A DNA stretch of 64,000 nt from Eledone cirrhosa (taxonomy: Eukaryota), in NCBI GenBank assembly GCA_964016885.1, contig OZ024741.1:280860001-280924000 (forward strand). Reading direction: 5' to 3'. A program made the position numbers and the translations under genes. A model generated the notes under the pieces. The model saw only the letters and a program-made list of their open reading frames with translations, was not told the DNA's origin and searched no databases. This document shows, in pieces, positions 12,601-24,600 of this stretch (the stretch's first letter is position 1; each line of letters begins with the position of its first letter).

Positions 12601-15600
12601 CTTGGTTTCTTGGATGCCCTTGCTAACGCTAACCACATTTACAGTGTGTATTGGGTGTTTTTTGTCATGACAACTACATGACCACTTTATAGTGTGGGCT
12701 GGGTGCATCACCTTGAAGGGATTTAATTTATTATATTAAAAAATTAGAGATAAGAGGGATCAGATGTTGTTTACTCGAGAGAAGGCTACGTTGGTATGGA
12801 CACGTGATGCGCATGAAAGTCGATAGCTGTATAACAAAGTGCAGGGCAATAAAGATAGACGGTAGTCACGGAATAGGCAGACCTAGAAAAACCTGGGATA
12901 AGCTGATAAACTCCGACATCACACACTTACACCTCTCCAAGACAATGTCACTGGACCGAGACCTTTGGCGGTACTCAGTAACAGAGAAGACCCGCCTTAC
13001 CTAAATATATAGTAAAACCTACTCCAACCAGTAGGCATCTCTAACAAAATACACCCCGTCCCACCACCACCACCCCCACCCCATCCACACCACCCCGTTC
13101 TATGTAAAGTTATGTTGGTGCCGCGCCATAGGCCGAAACAAATGAGATCGTGTAGGTGTCACGACAAAAAAACACACAGTCCACGCTGTAATGTGGCCGT
13201 GTAGGCAACACGGTAAAAACCTCCCAGCCCCACACTGTAAATGTGGTTGGTGTTAGGAAGGGCATCCAACTGTAGAAAACCTGCCAGACAGTTCTATGCG
13301 AGCAAGACAATCACTCTTGCCTCAAGTGGGACTACCCCCGTCCAAACCCATGCAAGCGTGGAACACGGACGTTAAACGTTGATGATGATGATGATGATGA
13401 ACCCCACTACTTATTTTTTCGAGTCTGGTACATATTTTATCAAGCTCTTTTTGTTTCAACTGCTAAGTGACAGGACATAAATGTGGACATAGAAATCTGC
13501 AGGTATTTGCAGATTTTATCTACCAAATTTCACTCACTAGACATTGGTCAACCAGAAAAATTTTGAAATATTTACTAAAATTATTAATTATTCTGTTTCT
13601 AAGAGAGTAACTAACATATGGTTCTTATATAAAGTCATATTGGAAAATTTAAATACGAACCCTTTAAAATGGGTGGTTTTGTTTCATAGAAACAGGCATT
13701 TTGGGGCAGGTTTGTATCAAAAGGGTTAAGTTAAGTAAGCTATATTACTAAGTCCTGCAAAATTCCCAAATTCTTTGATTAAAAATATGGAAATGAAAGG
13801 ATTAATTACACTGGTCAACAAAATTTTGCCTTTTTTCTGCTGACCTAAGTTTGAGACCTGTTCTTGAGTAGTTTGGGGCTGCTGAGTTTAAAAATGACTA
13901 CATTTTTCCTATCACGTCATCTATGGGCTGCTCCATATTGGCCTCACCCATAGCTGCAAGAGATATAGGTAATAATTATGCATTGTTATATAACATTGAT
14001 CTATGTTATTATTGAAGTAAGAACAGTTAGACACCCAGGCATCCTCATGCAGCCCATTCAAGCATGAAAAAGATGGATTCAACGATGATTAGTATATGTG
14101 CTTCTCACATATTTTTTAATCAAATTGACCAAAGTTATTCTGATTACATGAATATAAGTAATTGATTTATGAAGTAAATTAGTTTCATGTATGCTTGTTT
14201 GATTTCAATGAAGTTGCTTATGCTACATGCCAGTTGTTCAGGTGTGTGTGTTTTTGGCTATCACACAGGTCGTTTACTGCAGCAAGGAATGTATGGAAAC
14301 TGCTTGGAAAAAATACCATTGCACACTATGTATGGGACCTTCCAGAGAGGATGAGTCCCATCCTTTGGGAATGTTACAAGTAGCATGGAGGTCTGTATGA
14401 AGCCAATTGTGTTGAAACTTTTCTCAAATCAATGTCCACAGCCGACTGCTTGTTCTTCTTGTAACGTGAAACTAAAGACTTTCTCATTATTTTAGGAACA
14501 TTCATTTCCCCCCTGAATCCTGTAGTATAATGCTGTTGGCAAAAATGATCTGCATGGTAAAACAGGCAAGTATCTCTATTGTTGTAACTTACATTGTACA
14601 GTGATGGTCATGGTAAGAAATATTTGGTGAATTTTATTCCATATTCTAGTTTTAACCCTTTTCATACCATCATACCAAACCACTTGAAACTGCCTCTGAT
14701 TCTAAATTATGGTTAACCAGAATAAATGAATATACACACACGAGGTGTGTCAAAAAAAGAAACAGGACTGAGGTCGCAAAAAAATATTTCAAATCCAAAC
14801 TACAAACTATAAGTTTTCCCCTTTGAAACAATCCCACTCAAGTCTAACACATTTTTCCACCCTCTCTGCCATGTCTCCATGCACTCCTGGAAAGATTCTG
14901 CACAGTTCCGTGAACCTCCCCAGCATGTCTGGTTCAGTTTCAAGATGCTTGAGGATGCCCTGACACCTACATGCGCCGCTCATTTTGGTCATTGTTCAGC
15001 AGCTTCAGCACCATCCTCGCGCAAATCTTCCACATGCTCAAATCTTCAAGATATGTTCCAAACACTAGCATGTTTTGTTGATTATCATTTTCTGTTTACA
15101 CTGTCCCCAAAGTCTTGTACCCATTAAAAAAAAAATCGTTAATGTAATTATTATTAATATATATCAATAATAACATATATATCAATAACAACAACAACAA
15201 CAATAATGATAAAGAAATGAAATCATATTGGCAGTATCGGTAGAGGGTCGGATGCTATGCTTTGACGCATGGAGTTACAGCCCTTGTCATTCTGAGTTTA
15301 AATCCCGCTGAGGTTAACTTTGCCTTTCATCCTTACGGGGTCGATAAAATAAAGTACCAGTAATGCACTGGGTAATTACTGGCCTTGTGCCAAAAGTAGA
15401 AACAATTATTATTGATAAAGAAATTATTATTATTAGGGTGGTGGATTGGCAATATTGGTAGAGTGTCGTACAATATGCTTTGCAGCACAGTTATGGCCCT
15501 TTACGTTCTGAGTTCAGAACGTAATGCACTGGGGTCGATTTATATCGACTTTCCCCTCCCCTAAAATTGCTGGCCTTGTGCCTGCCTATATAAGAAATCA

Positions 15601-18600
15601 TTATTATGTGGATTGGCAAAATCATACTGCTTTGCAGTATTCTTTCTGCTTGTCTGCATTCTGAGTTTAAACCCTGCCATGGTCAATTTTGTCTTTCATC
15701 CTTTCAGGGCCAATAAAATGAAATACCAGTTAAGTAATGGGGTTGATATAATCGGCTCTCCTCTTCCCTAAAATTGCTGGCCTTGTGCCAATGTTAGAAA
15801 GAATTATTAATGTATAGTGTGCATGGGCCTACTCTGAGCATGTGCCTGTAGGCTGGAGAGAACAAAGGGAGAGGGAACTTTCCTGTTATGCTTTTGGTGA
15901 TCAGGGGTGATCTCAGATCTGTGGGTTTCCTAAATTGCCCCTGGGTAGTGCTCTCCCTTCCCTTTGGAGAATTCTGTTGGTATTAATTTGTTATTTGTTA
16001 CTTGTTTTTTATTCTCTGTTTATTGTATTGTTTTCAGTTTTCTGCTTATAAAGAAATCATTAATAATTGTTTCTACTTTTGGTACAAGGCCAGCAATTAT
16101 CCCAGTGTATTACTGGTACTTTATTTTATCGACCTATAAAGAAATCATTAATAATAATACTATGTTACTAATGTTTTATACAGGCTAATGATCCAGAAGC
16201 AGTATTGAAAGCATTTTCTCAGTTTACTAATTCAACTGTAAATGAAGAAGAACAGATTATGCATAAATTGCTCGGCCCACAGTTCAAAGTAAATCAACAA
16301 TTTTAAAATTATCTTTTTATTGGTGTTTATTTCTACTTTTTTTAAAATTTCATTTTGAATCCGAATTCTACTGAGAACTTTATCTTTCATCTCCCCACTG
16401 TTGATTACCTAAGTACCTGTCATATTTGTTCTCTTATCTTTCATTTCTCCACTGTTGATTACCTAAGTACCTGTCATATTTGTTCCTTATCTTTCATTTC
16501 TCCACTGTTGATTACCTAAGTACCTGTCATATTTGTTCTCTTATGCAGGAACAGCTAGAAACATTTAGATCAATGGTTATGGTAACTTTGTATGATGAAC
16601 ATATTCCACAGGTATGTAATACTGGGAGTTTATTATTAACATTTGTTGGTTAATATTATTAAATAATGTGGCAGCTATATTTAAGTTTAAAATATGTATA
16701 TGAAGGGTGCTACATATGGAGAGGATGTTAAGTTGGATCTAGGGAATGGTGTGAAGGGATTATTATATAATGTGGCAGGATTATTATATATAAAGTGATG
16801 CATACTAGACGTATGCTTCAATCCATGCACTTGGGAAGGCAGGTCTTCTGTATTACTGCATAGTGCCAGAGATCTCGATCCTGTGTCATTGCCTTAGAGA
16901 GGTGCAATCGTGCAAATCAGCTTTTATCACCTCATCCCAGGCCTTCCTAGGTCTTCATACTCTATAGCTTTGAGTGTCCCGCACCTTTTTAAACAGCTGT
17001 CCTTCATACGCATACATGTCCATACCAATGCAATCTCCCCTCCTGCACACTGCATCTGATCCTTCTTATGCTCAGTTTCTCTCTCAGTTCCTTTACACTT
17101 TGCCGTTCATGTATATTACTATTACACATCCATTAAAGCATGCAAGCTTCATTTCTTTCCAATCTTCATAGTCATTTTGAGAGAAAAGCCTTTTGCAGCT
17201 AGCAGTGGTAGTAGCTCCTTGAACTTTTTCCATCTCTGGCTGCTGTACTTTCAGAACACCCACTTCTATTGCTAATTTACACCCAGGTAGCAGGAGTTGT
17301 CTACTGCTTCTACAGAACCTTTCATGAATTTGACAGCACTTGTTTCTTGTGGTCATTTGCTGTTTACTGCTCCTGTGTGGCCACATGTAAAGCCTACATT
17401 CTTAGATAAACTGCCTGAGATCCCACTACATCTCTTGTGTACTCATAGCTTGCTTTTGGGACTGAGGATGGAATTTTTACCTATGCCTTCCTTTACACAT
17501 TGAGCAAGGCCATTTTCCTGAGGGGATTTGGGTCCAATTTTCCCTGCTACTTATTAGGACCTTAATCTTTGTCAGGTTGACTTTAAGATTCTTTGATTCT
17601 AACCCATACTTCCAGATTTGGAATTTCTTCTCTAATTCTGCCATAGATGCATCATCTGCATAATGATTTAACACTTAAAACTGAATTTGTGGCAGAATTA
17701 GAGAAGAAATTCCAAATTTATATGCACGCGCGCGCGCACATACACACACACACACAGACTAAGAGAGAGATTACGAAAGTCACCAAATTTATTTTAGTGA
17801 TCTCCAAAGCTCTCTCTCTCACACACATATATATATAGCAAAATTAGCATTAGATACAAAATCTCCGTGGTCATAATGTGACAAGTGGGTATATAGTTTT
17901 GACCCCTATCAACAGTACTGCTGATCCATTCAGGGTCACAGTGTCTGATAAGGTAGTTGAATACCTGTCTGGAGTATTTTACAAAAACGAAAATGAAGCA
18001 GAACTTACATGATGAGGACAAAATATGTATGTAATTAAATATAGGACATTTATGTTGAACAATGTCTTGACGAAAATGGTCAGTCAGACCCACGGAGACA
18101 AAAACAAACATATACATTTGTATGTGGATTATGTGTGTGTATAAAGTTGATGACAATTCTGGGACATATACATACAGAGTTGGTTGTTTGTGGTTCAAGC
18201 ATAAATATACAAACACAAATATACATAGATACACTTGTGTATAATCCATTAACATAGCTTTGTTACAATTTGGTAAAGAAACTGAATATTACTTCTATGA
18301 TCCCACACTGTATTGAGTGTGTTTTATGGCGTCAAAGCTGTGATGGGGTTGACAAATATAATTTCTGATATCACTGGAGGAAGCATCTGGGATTTTCTAA
18401 GAAAGAACTCTCTGGAGTGAATTCCCATTGTCTACTACTGGCTTATTCATTAAGCTAATGAAACATTCAGCATTAAACTAGATATAGATACTTATAGCGA
18501 TGTGCATTGAACCAGTGAAAGTTATGTCTTGATAGCCGTTGACACATTCACAGCTTTGACATACATGAGGCATCTTATTTATTGATCCTGGGAGACAATG

Positions 18601-21600
18601 AAAACTAATTTAATGATAGCAGGATTTAAATTTGTAGCACATAAGCCATTGATTTTCTCATTAATTATCCAGTCTTCTCTTCAACTGAACTACTGTGTTA
18701 ATGTATTGATAAATAAGAATAAAGTAAACTAAAATACAAATCCTGTTAGTTAGCTTGTAAAATCACTCTTTATTCCCAGCTTCTACAACTGTAAGCTAGT
18801 GAAAGACAATTTGCTTTTTCCTGTATAGATCAATATTCTTGGATTAGAAAATTAACTCTTAATGTCCTGTACCACATGAAACCACATAAGCAATACATTC
18901 TTGAAAAGTATGAAACAGCACTGTGATTATTTAACATTAAAAAAATTTAAAGTTTTTAGTTTACTCCAAATTTTCAAAACAATCTGTCCACTATTATGTA
19001 TCAATGATTTGATCTCAGAAATCTTATGGTGGGTATCCAATACTATACTCACATCGTTAATGTGTTTAAAATGCCATAATATTTAAACATTAAAAACTTA
19101 ACTAGTTGAGCACTCTATACTGGAGGATAGAGTGTAAATTATATTTTCTAAGAAGTGACAGTGACTTTGAAATTTCAGCTTGGTCACTTCATCTGTATTT
19201 TCTCGTGGCACCAGCACTACCACTTTACAATGTGTACTGGGTGTATTTTCTCATGGGACCAGCACTACCACTTTACAAAGTGTACTGGGTGTATTTTATC
19301 ATGGCACCAGCACTACCACTTTACAAAGTGTACTGAGTGTATTTTATCATGGCACCAGCACTACCTCTTTACAATGTGTACTGAATGTATTTTATTCTGG
19401 CACTAGCACTACCACTTACAGACACTAATGGGTGTATTTTAACGTTGCACCACCACTCCACTTTACAATATGTACTGGGTGTATTTCCTCATAGCACGAG
19501 CATTACCACTTTAGTGTACTGAGTGTATTTTTTCATGGCACCAGCACTACTACGTTGCAATGTCTTCTGGGTGTATTTTATCATGGCACCATCACTACCA
19601 CTTTACAATGTGTACTGTGTTTATTTTATCATGGCACCAGCACTACCACTTTACAGTGTGGACTGGGTGTAGTTTCTCATGACACCAGCACTTGCACTTT
19701 AAAATGTCTACCGAGTGTATTTTATTGTGGCACCAGCACTACTATTTTACAGACTCTACTGGGTGTATTTTCTCATGGCAGCATCAATAGAGAGGTTCTA
19801 CCCAGTAAGACTGAAGAGTCCCCTCTACCTTTATATTGTTATTAATGTTTTATTTCACCACTTACTAATGTATGAGAATCCTTGATGATTAAGGCACAAG
19901 TAGTCCTAGTTTCAAAGCATAAAGAAGACTATTTTAATATATTGATACAATTAGTATCAGTCAAATACTGGAGGATTGATTAAATCAACCGTGCCTTCCG
20001 TTCAAATTTATGGCATTCTGCCTGTGATATTGATCATATCTTTATTGTAAGGAAACAAATTTACTGAAGTCACTTCTGTCCAATTTTTTCTGTATTTAGG
20101 GGAAATTTATTTGATTTTTTAAACTATTATTTGTAGTGATTGACTATTGTTATATTCATATGCATTAGGACACACATTTTATACTTTTTGTATCTTCCAG
20201 TGGTTTACTTATGAAGGATTTCAATCCCTGTTTGCTCTAATTGGACGTAATGGTCAAGGCATTGGTACGAGGTAAGTATTAAATTTTTAGTTAAATCGGT
20301 ATCTCTTAAAATGATTGTGATAATTGTTTTTTTAACCATTTGATATCCCACTGCCTGAAGCTGCCTATAGTTTTATAATACATTTGATATCCCACTGACC
20401 TTCAGGTGGGTTGGATACCTGGCATAGGATCTCATGCTCTACTGAGTGCATTTTGTCGTAGCACCAACACAGGTAACTTTGTCATGTCCTTGACACAGCT
20501 GAAGAGTTCTTCCGACCCTTTATTTAGCAGGTTTCGCATGATTGGATACCCTTCCTATTACTAACCAATTATCAGAGTGTACTGAGAATGTTTATCATGT
20601 AGGTTACCAAGGGACGCTGTCATGTCTATGGCACAACTGAAGAGTTCTCCTGACCCTTTGTATGGCAAGGTTTATGTGACTCACACAGAAAATAATTCAT
20701 ATGTAATGAGAGTGAATGAGTGGTTAGACAGATAGATAGAGAGAAATAAAAGCACCCAGTACACTGTAAAGTGGTTGGTGTTAGGAAGGGTATCCAGCTG
20801 TAGAGAGCTTGTCAAACAAAAAGGTTGAGAGGGCCCTTCAATTGTGTTAAGAATAACCTCTTTAGTGCTGGTGCCATGATAAAAATGCACTTGGTAGAAT
20901 GTGGAACCATATGTAAGCGTGATGTGAATCCCCAGCCTGACAGGAAGGTCAATGGCCCCACTTTTGTACAGACTCGTCCAACCCTTGCTAGCAAGGAAAG
21001 TAGACATTAAATGATGATGATGATTTCCCACATATTTCATAGTGAAACAGTTTTTCTCCAGTGTGTAAAGATTTCCCTCTAAAGAGAATGTTCTACAAAT
21101 CTCACACTGAAATCTAGCAATATTTCTGTGTAATGATCTTTGTTTAGTAAATGCTTCATTAGGTAAACTAGCAGAAAAACCACCCGTCGGGTGGTTTTCT
21201 GCTAGCATGTGTAGTGTGCATATTGATATTATACGCAAGTATATATGCATGTAGATATGATCAAATAAAATCGTAATTGACAATATACACAGAAATTGAA
21301 CGAAGACTGCGTTACACTCTCTTATGTAATCAGTAACGTAATCCATGATACATTAAAAAAAGACAATATTATATATATACTGCATTAGGAGAAAATTAGT
21401 GACGGAAATATATGAATGTTTATTTAAACGATCGTTAACCGGAAGCGTTGACATTTGAAAATTTTAAATAAGCTATAAAATATATTTAATCAACAGCTAC
21501 GAAATTTAGTAGATAAATTATGTAATATTCATTCATTATTTATTCAAAGTAATCCAACTTATTTTACTAACTGGATTAAAAGAAATAAACCGTATGCAGT

Positions 21601-24600
21601 CCCACACTCCTTACTTTATTATAGTTTAGATTATTTCTTTTCTAGTTCTATCAGTGTATGGTGTCAAAATTGTGATGCTATGGACCTTCTTCCAGATGAA
21701 CGGAATACTATTGATAATTTTATAGACCAGCTTTATGTTGACTTGGAGAGAGGTATGTATAACTGGAATAGCTTTATTTTCATGTACATAAAAGGTATGA
21801 TTGGATTATCTAGTTTCTGAAACATTGCAAAATCTGATACTAGGCAAAATCATTTCTAGAATAAAATATATAACTGGTGTAATTGCTCCAATGCTGAGAA
21901 ATCTTATAAACATATCAAATAGTCAAATATAGATTAAATCTGGGAAATGGCTTTCTTTACAATTGTTATCTTATTGTTTTGTCTGAAGTATTCAGGGAGC
22001 ATAAGCAGTGAATTGGCAGATTTGTTAGAACTTCGGCTAGAATGCTTTGTAGTATTTGTTTCAACTCTCTGCTCTCTGGCTTCAAATCCTGCCGATATCA
22101 ATTTCGCTTTTTATCCTTTCGAGGTCAATAAAAGAAGTACCAGTCTAGTACTGGGGTTGTTTCTACCTCTACATCTCTTACTCACTTCCTCTCTCTTATT
22201 TTATATCCTTCTCTGGAAGAATGGAGAGGGATGGGCACTGCTAGGCTTAAAATGCCCAAGAAACACAGTATGTCCTAACAACTCCATTAGGAGTTATGGA
22301 ACCATACCATTCAGGAAGCAAATTTTTAAGTGTTCATGATGTCTATTGTGATTTTACTGCCTAAAACTTGAAACATGGTGGCCTGGATACTCACCCAATG
22401 TTGACATTCATATATAATAGACATCCTAAAGGTGTGGAGATAAATAACTTAAAAAAAAAAAAAAAGAAAGAAAAAGCTCCATTTGTGACTCAATAAGTTG
22501 GTCTTTTCTTAAGTTATGTAATTGTTTCAAATATCAACTTAATATTGGTTATTTTCAAAAACATTTGAAATATATAGGTGGTATCTTTCATTAGAAATAT
22601 AATTGTTTCTACTTTTTGGCACAAGGCCAGCAATTACCCATTACTGGTACTTTATTTTATCGACCCCGTAAGGATGAAAGGCAAAGTTAACCTCGGCGGG
22701 ATTTGAACTCAGAATGGCAAGGGCCGTAACTCTATGCATCAAAGCATGGCGTCCGACCCTCTACCGATACTGCCAATCCACCATGAAATGGTTAAAGTAA
22801 AAAATTATTATTTTCTTTAATAGAATCTGGAACATTCTTAAACTGCGAAGGATCTGGTCTTTACTCAATGCAGAGTTGTTGTAAGTATTCACTTGACTTT
22901 CCTTTAGGCTGACAATTCTTTTTGTCTACTGTGTATACTGAGTCTATTTCTCATTTTTATAACTTAATATTCTGTTCTCCAGATGTTTTATGTACATTTT
23001 CTCATATTAGCATGAATGGGATATTTGCTAATTTTCAATTCAATTCAATATATTTGGCAGAAAATAAAACATAGATGCTTCAGATGCCATGTAAGGAGGG
23101 GAGGGGGGCAAAATTTACACAGTCGGAAACACAGTGGTCCAACACCAGTCCAATTTCGCCTTGAACTGATGCGTGGTTGGCGCGTTGACTACTTCTTCTG
23201 GAAACCGATTCCTGGGTCCAGAGATGCGGATCGAGAAAGCAGCTTTCCGTCTATTTAGGCGAAAGCGGCGGTGAAACAGCTTTTTGTCATGTCCGCGTAG
23301 ACCCCTTTCACGTGCTGGAGTGAATAGGAGATCGTAATGGCCATTGAAGAGATTGTAAGCCAAAATGAAATCGCCTCGTAGCCGTCGACGCTCCAAGGAG
23401 AAGAGGTTCAGCTTCTGCAGCCGGCTTTCGTAGGGCAGCTCACGAAGACCCTGTACCATTCGAGTCGCTAGTCATTGAACTCTCTCCAAGTGATGGATAT
23501 CGCGGATGAGACATGGGTTTGATGCTTGGATGCCATATTTTAGGTGCGGTCTCACGAGGGCGACATAGCGAAGCCTGAAAATTTCTGGAGTGAGTTTGGC
23601 AAAAGAGCCTCGAATAAGAAAAAGAGAGCTCCTTGCCTTGTTTGTAGCTTGAATGCAATGTTTTGATGGTTTGAAGGACGAGTTGACCATCAGACCAAGA
23701 TCTTTAGTCTCCTCAGCCTCCTTCAAAGGAGCAGTGCCACCGTTGAAGGTAAGAGTTGAGTTATAAGGTGTACCCACTGCCATATGGCAACACTTATCGA
23801 CATTGAGGTATAAATTCCAGTCAATGAACCAATTCCAGGCGTGCTGGAGGCTGGACTTGAGATTGTCGATCTCGTTCCTACGGGCTACCATTTTCACATC
23901 ATCTGCAAATAGGAGCACGTTTCCAGCATGTCGTTGATGTATAGAAGGAAGAGAATTGGGCCCAACACAGAGCCCTGGGGAACGCCACTACCTACACCCA
24001 CCCCCGATGACAGACTGCCATTGATCCAAACTCTGCAAGTACGACCCTCAAGAAATGATCCAATCCACTTTATAATCGAGTGATGGAGACCATAGTTGCT
24101 GAGCTTATACAGGAGCAGGCGGTGGTTGACAGAGTCAAAGGCTTTGGTGAAGTCGAGAAAGATAATATCAGCCGCATCTCCATCGTCCACTATCCTCGTC
24201 ACCCATTCTTCCATCACGAGTAAATTTGTGAGACAGGAACATTTCGGGATGAAACCGTGTTGAGATGGCAGTGAAAGACGCAAGATGAGCCATAATTGCC
24301 CGCTTGATTAGAGATTCCAAGGCCTTACAGACAATTGCGGTGAGGCTACGGGTCTGTAGTTCCCCGTGTCTTCTTTGTCGCCTTTTTTAAAGATAGGGCA
24401 AATTGTAGCTACTTTCCAGTCGACAGGAACAACTCCGGTAGCCAATGATAGGTTGAATAGTGTGGCTAGATGTAGACCGTCTGGACCATGCCCCTTATTC
24501 ACATATAAGGACAAAAGCAACTTTTCCACCTCGTCCGGTCTGACGGTGGTTGGCTGCATTGGTGGGCCGATCATGTTTAGATTTGGAGGTTCTCTGCCAT

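Noticed and set aside
15225-15320. tRNA gene
   Set aside because: A- and B-box-like heads belong to SINEs and do not form a full cloverleaf.
17794-18255. 153-aa minus-strand ORF
   Set aside because: Low-complexity, no recognisable domain, overlaps microsatellite and repeat debris.
19106-19845. Repetitive ORFs in three frames and a superficially CRISPR-like periodicity
   Set aside because: A 48-bp tandem repeat with no unique spacers and no cas genes; the ORFs arise from a unit length divisible by three.
20681-21346. 221-aa minus-strand ORF
   Set aside because: Chance fusion of Helitron, zinc-finger remnant and antisense SINE/LINE tail.
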